DNA from: the human T2T-CHM13v2.0 reference genome, Homo sapiens
Reading direction: 5' to 3' (one strand)
Assembly: GCF_009914755.1 (NCBI RefSeq)
Contig: NC_060947.1
DNA: 64,000 nt
Below the pieces are notes generated by a model. It worked only from the letters and a program-made list of their open reading frames with translations. It was not told the DNA's origin and did no database searches. The translations under genes and the position numbers were made by a program. Below, piece by piece: positions 43,267 through 58,200 of this stretch (the first letter of the stretch is position 1; each line of letters begins with the position of its first letter).

Positions 43267-46200
43267 TCTTCAAAGAGGTCCAAATATCCCCTTGCGGATC
43301 CCACAGAAAGAGTGTTTCGAAACTGCTGTTTCAAAAGGAATCTTCAACTCTGTGAGTTGAATGCAATCATCACAAAGAAGTTTCTGACAATGCTTCTCTC
43401 TCGTCTTTCTGTGAAGATAAAGGAAAAGGCTTTCAGGCCTTTTCCACCACAGGCCTGAAAGCGCTCCAAATGTCCACTTGCAGATTCTGCCAAAAGAATA
43501 TTTCAAAACTGCTCTATGAAAAGCAATGTTAAACTCTGTGGCTCGAACACAAACATCACAAAGCAGTTTCTGAGAATGCTTCAGTTTAGTTTTTCTGTGG
43601 AAATATTCCCGTTTCCAAAGAAATCTTCAAAGAGGTCCACGCATCCACTTACAGATTCTACAAAAAGACAGTTTCAAAACTGCTCAATCAAAAGGAGGGT
43701 TCAACTGTGTGACTTGAATGCAATCATCACTCAGAAGTTTATGAGAACGCTTCTCTTTAGTTTTTACGTGAACATATACCCGTTTCGAACGAAGGCCAGC
43801 CAGTGGTCCAAATATCCACTTGCAGATTCTACAGAAAGAGTGTTTCGAACCTGAACTCTCAAAGGCAGGTTCATCTCTGCGAGTTCAATGCATTCATCAT
43901 GAAGAACTTTCTCAGAGTGTTTGTGTTTAGTTATGGGAAATTATTCCCGTTTCCAACGAAATCCTCAGAGAGGTCCAAATATCCACCTGCAGATTCTACC
44001 AAAAGTGTATTTGGAAACTGCTCCATCAAAAGGCATGTTCAGCTCTGTGAGTGAAACTCCATCATCACAAAGAATATTCTGAGAATGCTTCCGTTTGCCT
44101 TTTATATGAAGTTCCTTCCTATACTACCGTAGGCCTCAAAGCAGTCCAAATCTCCATTTGCAGATTCTACAAAAAGAGTGATTCCAATGTGCTCTATCAT
44201 TAGGATTGTTCAACTCCATGAGTTGAATGCCATCCTCACAAAGTCGTTTCTGAGAATGCTTCTATCTAGTTTTTATGTGAAGATATTTCCTTTTCCACCA
44301 CAGGCCTCAAAGCCCTCCAAACGTCCACTTGCAGATTCTCGAAAAAGAGTGTTTCATAGCTGCTCTTTCAAAAGGAAAGTTCAACTCTGGGAGTTGAATA
44401 CAAACATCACAAAGTAGTTTCCGAGAATGCTTCTGTTTAGTTCTTATGTGAAGATGATCCCGTTTCCAGTGAAATCTTCAAAGAGGTCCACATATCCCCT
44501 TGCAGATTCCAAAGAAAGAGGGTTTCAAAACTGCTCCATCAAAAGGATTGTTCAACTCTGTGAGTTGAATGCAGTCATCGCAGAAATCTTTCTGAGAATG
44601 CTTCTGTCTAGGTTTGATGTGAAGATATAGACGTTTCAAACGAAGGCTACAAACTGGTCAAAATATACACTTGCAGATTCTACTACAAGGGTGTTGCAAA
44701 CCTGAACTATCAAAGGAAGGTTCAACACTGTGAGTTGAATACAAACATCACAAAGAATGTTCTGAGTTTGCTTCCGTTCAGTTATGGGAAGTTGATCCCG
44801 TTTCCAACGAAATCCTCAGAGAGGTCCAAATATCCCCTTGCAGATTCTACAAAACGTGTGTTTGGAAACTGCTCCATCATAACGAATGTTCAGCTCTCTG
44901 AGTTAAACTCCATCGTCACAAAGAATTTTCTGAGGGTGCTACCGTCTAGTTTTTATATGAAGTTCTTTCCTTTACTACCACAGGCCTCAAAGCGGTCCAA
45001 ATCTCCACTTGCAGATTCTACAAAAAGAGTGTTTGCAAACTGCTCTATCAAAAGGAATGTTCAACTCTGGGAGTTGAATGCAATCATCACAGAGCAGTTT
45101 CTGAGAATGCTTCTATGTCGTTTTTAGGAGAAGATATTTCCTTTTCCAACACAGTCCTCCAAGCCCGCTAAATATCCACTTGCACATTGTAGAAAAAGTG
45201 TGTCGAAGCTGCGCTATCAAAGGGAAAGTTCAACTCTGTGAGGTGAATGCAAACATCCCAAAGAAGTTTCTGAGAATGCTTCCGTTTAGCTTTTAGGTGA
45301 AGATTATCCCGTTTCCAACGAAATCTTCAAAGAGGTCCAAATATCCCCTTGCGGATCCCACAGAAAGAGTGTTTCGAAACTGCTGTTTCAAAAGGAATCT
45401 TCAACTCTGTGAGTTGAATGCAATCATCACAAAGAAGTTTCTGACAATGCTTCTCTCTCGTCTTTCTGTGAAGATAAAGGAAAAGGCTTTCAGGCCTTTT
45501 CCACCACAGGCCTGAAAGCGCTCCAAATGTCCACTTGCAGATTCTGCCAAAAGAATATTTCAAAACTGCTCTATGAAAAGCAATGTTATACTCTGTGGCT
45601 CGAACACAAACATCACAAAGCAGTTTCTGAGAATGCTTCAGTTTAGTTTTTCTGTGGAAATATTCCCGTTTCCAAAGAAATCTTCAAAGAGGTCCACGCA
45701 TCCACTTACAGATTCTACAAAAAGACAGTTTCAAAACTGCTCAATCAAAAGGAGGGTTCAACTGTGTGACTTGAATGCAATCATCACTCAGAAGTTTATG
45801 AGAACGCTTCTCTTTAGTTTTTACGTGAACATATACCCGTTTCGAACGAAGGCCAGCCAGTGGTCCAAATATCCACTTGCAGATTCTACAGAAAGAGTGT
45901 TTCGAACCTGAACTCTCAAAGGCAGGTTCATCTCTGCGAGTTCAATGCATTCATCATGAAGAACTTTCTCAGAGTGTTTGTGTTTAGTTATGGGAAATTA
46001 TTCCCGTTTCCAACGAAATCCTCAGAGAGGTCCAAATATCCACCTGCAGATTCTACCAAAAGTGTATTTGGAAACTGCTCCATCAAAAGGCATGTTCAGC
46101 TCTGTGAGTGAAACTCCATCATCACAAAGAATATTCTGAGAATGCTTCCGTTTGCCTTTTATATGAAGTTCCTTCCTATACTACCGTAGGCCTCAAAGCA

Positions 46201-49200
46201 GTCCAAATCTCCATTTGCAGATTCTACAAAAAGAGTGATTCCAATGTGCTCTATCATTAGGATTGTTCAACTCCATGAGTTGAATGCCATCCTCACAAAG
46301 TCGTTTCTGAGAATGCTTCTATCTAGTTTTTATGTGAAGATATTTCCTTTTCCACCACAGGCCTCAAAGCCCTCCAAACGTCCACTTGCAGATTCTCGAA
46401 AAAGAGTGTTTCATAGCTGCTCTTTCAAAAGGAAAGTTCAACTCTGGGAGTTGAATACAAACATCACAAAGTAGTTTCCGAGAATGCTTCTGTTTAGTTC
46501 TTATGTGAAGATGATCCCGTTTCCAGTGAAATCTTCAAAGAGGTCCACATATCCCCTTGCAGATTCCAAAGAAAGAGGGTTTCAAAACTGCTCCATCAAA
46601 AGGATTGTTCAACTCTGTGAGTTGAATGCAGTCATCGCAGAAAACTTTCTGAGAATGCTTCTGTCTAGGTTTGATGTGAAGATATAGACGTTTCAAACGA
46701 AGGCTACAAAGTGGTCAAAATATACACTTGCAGATTCTACTACAAGGGTGTTGCAAACCTGAACTATCAAAGGAAGGTTCAACACTGTGAGTTGAATACA
46801 AACATCACAAAGAATGTTCTGAGTTTGCTTCCGTTCAGTTATGGGAAGTTGATCCCGTTTCCAACGAAATCCTCAGAGAGGTCCAAATATCCCCTTGCAG
46901 ATTCTACAAAACGTGTGTTTGGAAACTGCTCCATCATAACGAATGTTCAGCTCTCTGAGTTAAACTCCATCGTCACAAAGAATTTTCTGAGAGTGCTACC
47001 GTCTAGTTTTTATATGAAGTTCTTTCCTTTACTACCACAGGCCTCAAAGCGGTCCAAATCTCCACTTGCAGATTCTACAAAAAGAGTGTTTGCAAACTGC
47101 TCTATCAAAAGGAGTGTTCAACTCTGGGAGTTGAATGCAATCATCACAGAGCAGTTTCTGAGAATGCTTCTATGTCGTTTTTAGGAGAAGATATTTCCTT
47201 TTCCAACACAGTCCTCCAAGCCCGCTAAATATCCACTTGCACATTGTAGAAAAAGTGTGTCGAAGCTGCGCTATCAAAGGGAAAGTTCAACTCTGTGAGG
47301 TGAATGCAAACATCCCAAAGAAGTTTCTGAGAATGCTTCCGTTTAGCTTTTAGGTGAAGATTATCCCGTTTCCAACGAAATCTTCAAAGAGGTCCAAATA
47401 TCCCCTTGCGGATCCCACAGAAAGAGTGTTTCGAAACTGCTGTTTCAAAAGGAATCTTCAACTCTGTGAGTTGAATGCAATCATCACAAAGAAGTTTCTG
47501 ACAATGCTTCTCTCTCGTCTTTCTGTGAAGATAAAGGAAAAGGCTTTCAGGCCTTTTCCACCACAGGCCTGAAAGCGCTCCAAATGTCCACTTGCAGATT
47601 CTGCCAAAAGAATATTTCAAAACTGCTCTATGAAAAGCAATGTTAAACTCTGTGGCTCGAACACAAACATCACAAAGCAGTTTCTGAGAATGCTTCAGTT
47701 TAGTTTTTCTGTGGAAATATTCCCGTTTCCAAAGAAATCTTCAAAGAGGTCCACGCATCCACTTACAGATTCTACAAAAAGACAGTTTCAAAACTGCTCA
47801 ATCAAAAGGAGGGTTCAACTGTGTGACTTGAATGCAATCATCACTCAGAAGTTTCTGAGAACGCTTCTCTTTAGTTTTTACGTGAACATATACCCGTTTC
47901 GAACGAAGGCCAGCCAGTGGTCCAAATATCCACTTGCAGATTCTACAGAAAGAGTGTTTCGAACCTGAACTCTCAAAGGCAGGTTCATCTCTGCGAGTTC
48001 AATGCATTCATCATGAAGAACTTTCTCAGAGTGTTTGTGTTTAGTTATGGGAAATTATTCCCGTTTCCAACGAAATCCTCAGAGAGGTCCAAATATCCAC
48101 CTGCCGATTCTACCAAAAGTGTATTTGGAAACTGCTCCATCAAAAGGCATGTTCAGCTCTGTGAGTGAAACTCCATCATCACAAAGAATATTCTGAGAAT
48201 GCTTCCGTTTGCCTTTTATATGAAGTTCCTTCCTATACTACCGTAGGCCTCATAGCAGTCCAAATCTCCATTTGCAGATTCTACAAAAAGAGTGATTCCA
48301 ATGTGCTCTATCATTAGGATTGTTCAACTCCATGAGTTGAATGCCATCCTCACAAAGTCGTTTCTGAGAATGCTTCTATCTAGTTTTTATGTGAAGATAT
48401 TTCCTTTTCCACCACAGGCCTCAAAGCCCTCCAAACGTCCACTTGCAGATTCTCGAAAAAGAGTGTTTCATAGCTGCTCTTTCAAAAGGAAAGTTCAACT
48501 CTGGGAGTTGAATACAAACATCACAAAGTAGTTTCCGAGAATGCTTCTGTTTAGTTCTTATGTGAAGATGATCCCGTTTCCAGTGAAATCTTCAAAGAGG
48601 TCCACATATCCCCTTGCAGATTCCAAAGAAAGAGGGTTTCAAAACTGCTCCATCAAAAGGATTGTTCAACTCTGTGAGTTGAATGCTGTCATCGCAGAAA
48701 ACTTTCTGAGAATACTTCTGTCTAGGTTTGATGTGAAGATATAGACGTTTCAAACGAAGGCTACAAAGTGGTCAAAATATACACTTGCAGATTCTACTAC
48801 AAGGGTGTTGCAAACCTGAACTATCAAAGGAAGGTTCAACACTGTGAGTTGAATACAAACATCACAAAGAATGTTCTGAGTTTGCTTCCGTTCAGTTATG
48901 GGAAGTTGATCCCGTTTCCAACGAAATCCTCAGAGAGGTCCAAATATCCCCTTGCAGATTCTACAAAACGTGTGTTTGGAAACTGCTCCATCATAACGAA
49001 TGTTCAGCTCTCTGAGTTAAACTCCATCGTCACAAAGAATTTTCTGAGAGTGCTACCGTCTAGTTTTTATATGAAGTTCTTTCCTTTACTACCACAGGCC
49101 TCAAAGCGGTCCAAATCTCCACTTGCAGATTCTACAAAAAGAGTGTTTGCAAACTGCTCTATCAAAAGGAGTGTTCAACTCTGGGAGTTGAATGCAATCA

Positions 49201-52200
49201 TCACAGAGCAGTTTCTGAGAATGCTTCTATGTCGTTTTTAGGAGAAGATATTTCCTTTTCCAACACAGTCCTCCAAGCCCGCTAAATATCCACTTGCACA
49301 TTGTAGAAAAAGTGTGTCGAAGCTGCGCTATCAAAGGGAAAGTTCAACTATGTGAGGTGAATGCAAACATCCCAAAGAAGTTTCTGAGAATGCTTCCGTT
49401 TAGCTTTTAGGTGAAGATTATCCCGTTTCCAACGAAATCTTCAAAGAGGTCCAAATATCCCCTTGCGGATCCCACAGAAAGAGTGTTTCGAAATTGCTGT
49501 TTCAAAAGGAATCTTCAACTCTGTGAGTTGAATGCAATCATCACAAAGAAGTTTCTGACAATGCTTCTCTCTCGTCTTTCTGTGAAGATAAAGGAAAAGG
49601 CTTTCAGGCCTTTTCCACCACAGGCCTGAAAGCGCTCCAAATGTCCACTTGCAGATTCTGCCAAAAGAATATTTCAAAACTGCTCTATGAAAAGCAATGT
49701 TAAACTCTGTGGCTCGAACACAAACATCACAAAGCAGTTTCTGAGAATGCTTCAGTTTAGTTTTTCTGTGGAAATATTCCCGTTTCCAAAGAAATCTTCA
49801 AAGAGGTCCACGCATCCACTTACAGATTCTACAAAAAGACAGTTTCAAAACTGCTCAATCAAAAGGAGGGTTCAACTGTGTGACTTGAATGCAATCATCA
49901 CTCAGAAGTTTCTGAGAACGCTTCTCTTTAGTTTTTACGTGAACATATACCCGTTTCGAACGAAGGCCAGCCAGTGGTCCAAATATCCACTTGCAGATTC
50001 TACAGAAAGAGTGTTTCGAACCTGAACTCTCAAAGGCAGGTTCATCTCTGCGAGTTCAATGCATTCATCATGAAGAACTTTCTCAGCGTGTTTGTGTTTA
50101 GTTATGGGAAATTATTCCCGTTTCCAACGAAATCCTCAGAGAGGTCCAAATATCCACCTGCAGATTCTACCAAAAGTGTATTTGGAAACTGCTCCATCAA
50201 AAGGCATGTTCAGCTCTGTGAGTGAAACTCCATCATCACAAAGAATATTCTGAGAATGCTTCCGTTTGCCTTTTATATGAAGTTCCTTCCTATACTACCG
50301 TAGGCCTCAAAGCAGTCCAAATCTCCATTTGCAGATTCTACAAAAAGAGTGATTCCAATCTGCTCTATCAATAGGATTGTTCAACTCCATGAGTTGAATG
50401 CCATCCTCACAAAGTCGTTTCTGAGAATGCTTCTATCTAGTTTTTATGTGAAGATATTTCCTTTTCCACCACAGGCCTCAAAGCCCTCCAAACGTCCACT
50501 TGCAGATTCTCGAAAAAGAGTGTTTCATAGCTGCTCTTTCAAAAGGAAAGTTCAACTCTGGGAGTTGAATACAAACATCACAAAGTAGTTTCCGAGAATG
50601 CTTCTGTTTAGTTCTTATGTGAAGATGATCCCGTTTCCAGTGAAATCTTCAAAGAGGTCCACATATCCCCTTGCAGATTCCAAAGAAAGAGGGTTTCAAA
50701 ACTGCTCCATCAAAAGGATTGTTCAACTCTGTGAGTTGAATGCAGTCATCGCAGAAAACTTTCTGAGAATGCTTCTGTCTAGGTTTGATGTGAAGATATA
50801 GACGTTTCAAACGAAGGCTACAAAGTGGTCAAAATATACACTTGCAGATTCTACTACAAGGGTGTTGCAAACCTGAACTATCAAAGGAAGGTTCAACTCT
50901 GTGAGTTGAATACAAACATCACAAAGAATGTTCTGAGTTTGCTTCCGTTCAGTTATGGGAAGTTGATCCCGTTTCCAACGAAATCCTCAGAGAGGTCCAA
51001 ATATCCCCTTGCAGATTCTACAAAACGTGTGTTTGGAAACTGCTCCATCATAACGAATGTTCAGCTCTCTGAGTTAAACTCCATCGTCACAAAGAATTTT
51101 CTGAGGGTGCTACCGTCTAGTTTTTATATGAAGTTCTTTCCTTTACTACCACAGGCCTCAAAGCGGTCCAAATCTCCACTTGCAGATTCTACAAAAAGAG
51201 TGTTTGCAAACTGCTCTATCAAAAGGAATGTTCAACTCTGGGAGTTGAATGCAATCATCACAGAGCAGTTTCTGAGAATGCTTCTATGTCGTTTTTAGGA
51301 GAAGATATTTCCTTTTCCAACACAGTCCTCCAAGCCCGCTAAATATCCACTTGCACATTGTAGAAAAAGTGTGTCGAAGCTGCGCTATCAAAGGGAAAGT
51401 TCAACTCTGTGAGGTGAATGCAAACATCCCAAAGAAGTTTCTGAGAATGCTTCCGTTTAGCTTTTAGGTGAAGATTATCCCGTTTCCAACGAAATCTTCA
51501 AAGAGGTCCAAATATCCCCTTGCGGATCCCACAGAAAGAGTGTTTCGAAACTGCTGTTTCAAAAGGAATCTTCAACTCTGTGAGTTGAATGCAATCATCA
51601 CAAAGAAGTTTCTGACAATGCTTCTCTCTCGTCTTTCTGTGAAGATAAAGGAAAAGGCTTTCAGGCCTTTTCCACCACAGGCCTGAAAGCGCTCCAAATG
51701 TCCACTTGCAGATTCTGCCAAAAGAATATTTCAAAACTGCTCTATGAAAAGCAATGTTAAACTCTGTGGCTCGAACACAAACATCACAAAGCAGTTTCTG
51801 AGAATGCTTCAGTTTAGTTTTTCTGTGGAAATATTCCCGTTTCCAAAGAAATCTTCAAAGAGGTCCACGCATCCACTTACAGATTCTACAAAAAGACAGT
51901 TTCAAAACTACTCAATCAAAAGGAGGGTTCAACTGTGTGACTTGAATGCAATCATCACTCAGAAGTTTCTGAGAACGCTTCTCTTTAGTTTTTACGTGAA
52001 CATATACCCGTTTCGAACGAAGGCCAGCCAGTGGTCCAAATATCCACTTGCAGATTCTACAGAAAGAGTGTTTCGAACCTGAACTCTCAAAGGCAGGTTC
52101 ATCTCTGCGAGTTCAATGCATTCATCATGAAGAACTTTCTCAGCGTGTTTGTGTTTAGTTATGGGAAATTATTCCCGTTTCCAACGAAATCCTCAGAGAG

Positions 52201-55200
52201 GTCCAAATATCCACCTGCAGATTCTACCAAAAGTGTATTTGGAAACTGCTCCATCAAAAGGCATGTTCAGCTCTGTGAGTGAAACTCCATCATCACAAAG
52301 AATATTCTGAGAATGCTTCCGTTTGCCTTTTATATGAAGATCCTTCCTATACTACCGTAGGCCTCAAAGCAGTCCAAATCTTCATTTGCAGATTCTACAA
52401 AAAGAGTGATTCCAATCTGCTCTATCAATAGGATTGTTCAACTCCATGAGTTGAATGCCATCCTCACAAAGTCGTTTCTGAGAATGCTTCTATCTAGTTT
52501 TTATGTGAAGATATTTCCTTTTCCACCACAGGCCTCAAAGCCCTCCAAACGTCCACTTGCAGATTCTCGAAAAAGAGTGTTTCATAGCTGCTCTTTCAAA
52601 AGGAAAGTTCACCTCTGGGAGTTGAATACAAACATCACAAAGTAGTTTCCGAGAATGCTTCTGTTTAGTTCTTATGTGAAGATGATCCCGTTTCCAGTGA
52701 AATCTTCAAAGAGGTCCACATATCCCCTTGCAGATTCCAAAGAAAGAGGGTTTCAAAACTGCTCCATCAAAAGGATTGTTCAACTCTGTGAGTGGAATGC
52801 AGTCATCGCAGAAAACTTTCTGAGAATGCTTCTGTCTAGGTTTGATGTGAAGATATAGACGTTTCAAACGAAGGCTACAAAGTGTTCAAAATATACACTT
52901 GCAGATTCTACTACAAGGGTGATGCAAACCTGAACTATCAAAGGAAGGTTCAACTCTGTGAGTTGAATACAAACATCACAAAGAATGTTCTGAGTTTGCT
53001 TCCGTTCAGTTATGGGAAGTTGATCCCGTTTCCAACGAAATCCTCAGAGAGGTCCAAATATCCCCTTGCAGATTCTACAAAACGTGTGTTTGGAAACTGC
53101 TCCATCATAACGAATGTTCAGCTCTCTGAGTTAAACTCCATCGTCACAAAGAATTTTCTGAGGGTGCTACCGTCTAGTTTTTATATGAAGTTCTTTCCTT
53201 TCCTACCACAGGCCTCAAAGCGGTCCAAATCTCCACTTGCAGATTCTACAAAAAGAGTGTTTGCAAACTGCTCTATCAAAAGGAATGTTCAACTCTGGGA
53301 GTTGAATGCAATCATCACAGAGCAGTTTCTGAGAATGCTTCTATGTCGTTTTTAGGAGAAGATATTTCCTTTTCCAACACAGTCCTCCAAGCCCGCTAAA
53401 TATCCACTTGCACATTGTAGAAAAAGTGTGTCGAAGCTGCGCTATCAAAGGGAAAGTTCAACTCTGTGAGGTGAATGCAAACATCCCAAAGAAGTTTCTG
53501 AGAATGCTTCCGTTTAGCTTTTAGGTGAAGATTATCCCGTTTCCAACGAAATCTTCAAAGAGGTCCAAATATCCCCTTGCGGATCCCACAGAAAGAGTGT
53601 TTCGAAACTGCTGTTTCAAAAGGAATCTTCAACTTTGTGAGTTGAATGTAATCATCACAAAGAAGTTTCTGACAATGCTTCTCTCTCGTCTTTCTGTGAA
53701 GATAAAGGAAAAGGCTTTCAGGCCTTTTCCACCACAGGCCTGAAAGCGCTCCAAATGTCCACTTGCAGATTCTGCCAAAAGAATATTTCAAAACTGCTCT
53801 ATGAAAAGCAATGTTAAACTCTGTGGCTCGAACACAAACATCACAAAGCAGTTTCTGAGAATGCTTCAGTTTAGTTTTTCTGTGGAAATATTCCCGTTTC
53901 CAAAGAAATCTTCAAAGAGGTCCACGCATCCACTTACAGATTCTACAAAAAGACAGTTTCAAAACTGCTCAATCAAAAGGAGGGTTCAACTGTGTGACTT
54001 GAATGCAATCATCACTCAGAAGTTTCTGAGAACGCTTCTCTTTAGTTTTTACGTGAACATATAACCGTTTCGAACGAAGGCCACCCAGTGGTCCAAATAT
54101 CCACTTGCAGATTCTACAGAAAGAGTGTTTCGAACCTGAACTCTCAGAGGCAGGTTCATCTCTGCGAGTTCAATGCATTCATCATGAAGAACTTTCTCAG
54201 CGTGTTTGTGTTTAGTTATGGGAAATTATTCCCATTTCCAACGAAATCCTCAGAGAGGTCCAAATATCCACCTGCAGATTCTACCAAAAGTGTATTTGGA
54301 AACTGCTCCATGAAAAGGCATGTTCAGCTCTGTGAGTGAAACTCCATCATCACAAAGAATATTCTGAGAATGCTTCCGTTTGCCTTTTATATGAAGTTCC
54401 TTCCTATACTACCGTAGGCCTCAAAGCAGTCCAAATCTCCATTTGCAGATTCTACAAAAAGAGTGATTCCAATCTGCTCTATCAATAGGATTGTTCAACT
54501 CCATGAGTTGAATGCCATCCTCACAAAGTCGTTTCTGAGAATGCTTCTATCTAGTTTTTATGTGAAGATATTTCCTTTTCCACCACAGGCCTCAAAGCCC
54601 TCCAAACGTCCACTTGCAGATTCTCGAAAAAGAGTGTTTCATAGCTGCTCTTTCAAAAGGAAAGTTCACCTCTGGGAGTTGAATACAAACATCACAAAGT
54701 AGTTTCCGAGAATGCTTCTGTTTAGTTCTTATGTGAAGATGATCCCGTTTCCAGTGAAATCTTCAAAGAGGTCCACATATCCCCTTGCAGATTCCAAAGA
54801 AAGAGGGTTTCAAAACTGCTCCATCAAAAGGATTGTTCAACTCTGTGAGTGGAATGCAGTCATCGCAGAAAACTTTCTGAGAATGCTTCTGTCTAGGTTT
54901 GATGTGAAGATATAGACGTTTCAAACGAAGGCTACAAAGTGTTCAAAATATACACTTGCAGATTCTACTACAAGGGTGATGCAAACCTGAACTATCAAAG
55001 GAAGGTTCAACTCTGTGAGTTGAATACAAACATCACAAAGAATGTTCTGAGTTTGCTTCCGTTCAGTTATGGGAAGTTGATCCCGTTTCCAACGAAATCC
55101 TCAGAGAGGTCCAAATATCCCCTTGCAGATTCTACAAAACGTGTGTTTGGAAACTGCTCCATCATAACGAATGTTCAGCTCTCTGAGTTAAACTCCATCG

Positions 55201-58200
55201 ACACAAAGAATTTTCTGAGGGTGCTACCGTCTAGTTTTTATATGAAGTTCTTTCCTTTACTACCACAGGCCTCAAAGCGGTCCAAATCTCCACTTGCAGA
55301 TTCTACAAAAAGAGTGTTTGCAAACTGCTCTATCAAAAGGAATGTTCAACTCTGGGAGTTGAATGCAATCATCACAGAGCAGTTTCTGAGAATGCTTCTA
55401 TGTCGTTTTTAGGAGAAGATATTTCCTTTTCCAACACAGTCCTCCAAGCCCGCTAAATATCCACTTGCACATTATAGAAAAAGTGTGTCGAAGCTGCGCT
55501 ATCAAAGGGAAAGTTCAACTCTGTGAGGTGAATGCAAACATCCCAAAGAAGTTTCTGAGAATGCTTCCGTTTAGCTTTCAGGTGAAGATTATCCCGTTTC
55601 CAACGAAATCTTCAAAGAGGTCCAAATATCCCCTTGCGGATCCCACAGAAAGAGTGTTTCGAAACTGCTGTTTCAAAAGGAATCTTCAACTCTGTGAGTT
55701 GAATGCAATCATCACAAAGAAGTTTCTGACAATGCTTCTCTCTCGTCTTTCTGTGAAGATAAAGGAAAAGGCTTTCAGGCCTTTTCCACCACAGGCCTCA
55801 AAGCGCTCCAAATGTCCACTTGCAGATTCTGCCAAAAGAATAGTTCAAAACTGCTCTATGAAAAGCAATGTTAAACTCTGTGGCTCGAACACAAACATCA
55901 CAAAGCAGTTTCTGAGAATGCTTCAGTTTAGTTTTTCTGTGGAAATATTCCCGTTTCCAAAGAAATCTTCAAAGAGGTCCACGCATCCACTTACAGATTC
56001 TACAAAAAGACAGTTTCAAAACTGCTCAATCAAAAGGAGGGTTCAACTGTGTGACTTGAATGCAATCATCACTCAGAAGTTTCTGAGAACGCTTCTCTTT
56101 AGTTTTTACGTGAACATATACCCGTTTCGAACGAAGGCCACACAGTGGTCCAAATATCCACTTGCAGATTCTACAGAAAGAGTGTTTCGAACCTGAACTC
56201 TCAAAGGCAGGTTCATCTCTCCGAGTTCAATGCATTCATCATGAAGAACTTTCTCAGCGTGTTTGTGTTTAGTTATGGGAAATTATTCCCGTTTCCAACG
56301 AAATCCTCAGAGAGCTCCAAATATCCACCTGCAGATTCTACCAAAAGTGTATTTGGAAACTGCTCCATGAAAAGGCATGTTCAGCTCTGTGAGTGAAACT
56401 CCATCATCACAAAGAATATTCTGAGAATGCTTCCGTTTGCCTTTTATATGAAGTTCCTTCCTATACTACCGTAGGCCTCAAAGCAGTCCAAATCTCCATT
56501 TGCAGATTCTACAAAAAGAGTGATTCCAATCTGCTCTATCAATAGGATTGTTCAACTCCATGAGTTGAATGCCATCCTCACAAAGTCGTTTCTGAGAATG
56601 CTTCTATCTAGTTTTTATGTGAAGATATTTCCTTTTCCACCACAGGCCTCAAAGCCCTCCAAACGTCCACTTGCAGATTCTCGAAAAAGAGTGTTTCATA
56701 GCTGCTCTTTCAAAAGGAAAGTTCAACTCTGGGAGTTGAATACAAACATCACAAAGTAGTTTCCGAGAATGCTTCTGTTTAGTTCTTATGTGAAGATGAT
56801 CCCGTTTCCAGTGAAATCTTCAAAGAGGTCCACATATCCCCTTGCAGATTCCAAAGAAAGAGGGTTTCAAAACTGCTCCATCAAAAGGATTGTTCAACTC
56901 TGTGAGTTGAATGCAGTCATCGCAGAAAACTTTCTGAGAATGCTTCTGTCTAGGTTTGATGTGAAGATATAGACGTTTCAAACGAAGGCTACAAAGTGGT
57001 CAAAATATACACTTGCAGATTCTACTACAAGGGTGATGCAAACCTGAACTATCAGAGGAAGGTTCAACTCTGTGAGTTGAATACAAACATCACAAAGAAT
57101 GTTCTGAGTTTGCTTCCGTTCAGTTATGGGAAGTTGATCCCGTTTCCAACGAAATCCTCAGAGAGGTCCAAATATCCCCTTGCAGATTCTACAAAACGTG
57201 TGTTTGGAAACTGCTCCATCATAACGAATGTTCAGCTCTCTGAGTTAAACTCCATCGTCACAAAGAATTTTCTGAGAGTGCTACCGTCTAGTTTTTATAT
57301 GACGTTCTTTCCTTTACTACCACAGGCCTCAAAGCGGTCCAAATCTCCACTTGCAGATTCTACAAAAAGAGTGTTTGCAAACTGCTCTATCAAAAGGAAT
57401 GTCCAACTCTGGGAGTTGAATGCAATCATCACAGAGCAGTTTCTGAGAATGCTTCTATGTGGTTTTTAGGAGAAGATATTTTCTTTTCCAACACAGTCCT
57501 CCAAACCCGCTAAATATCCACTTGCACATTCTAGAAAAAGTGTGTCGAAGCTGCGCTATCAAAGGGAAAGTTCAACTCTGTGAGGTGAATGCAAACATCC
57601 CAAAGAAGTTTCTGAGAATGCTTCCGTTTAGCTTTTAGGTGAAGATTATCCCGTTTCCAACGAAATCTTCAAAGAGGTCCAAATATCCCCTTGCGGATCC
57701 CACAGAAAGAGTGTTTCGAAACTGCTGTTTCAAAAGGAATCTTCAACTCTGTGAGTTGAATGCAATCATCACAAAGAAGTTTCTGACAATGCTTCTCTCT
57801 CGTCTTTCTGTGAAGATAAAGGAAAAGGCTTTCAGGCCTTTTCCACCACAGGCCTCAAAGCGCTCCAAATGTCCACTTGCAGATTCTGCCAAAAGAATAG
57901 TTCAAAACTGCTCTATGAAAAGCAATGTTAAACTCTGTGGCTCGAACACAAACATCACAAAGCAGTTTCTGAGAATGCTTCAGTTTAGTTTTTCTGTGGA
58001 AATATTCCCGTTTCCAAAGAAATCTTCAAAGAGGTCCACGCATCCACTTACAGATTCTACAAAAAGACAGTTTCAAAACTGCTCAATCAAAAGGAGGGTT
58101 CAACTGTGTGACTTGAATGCAATCATCACTCAGAAGTTTCTGAGAACGCTTCTCTTTAGTTTTTACGTGAACATATACCCGTTTCGAACGAAGGCCAGCC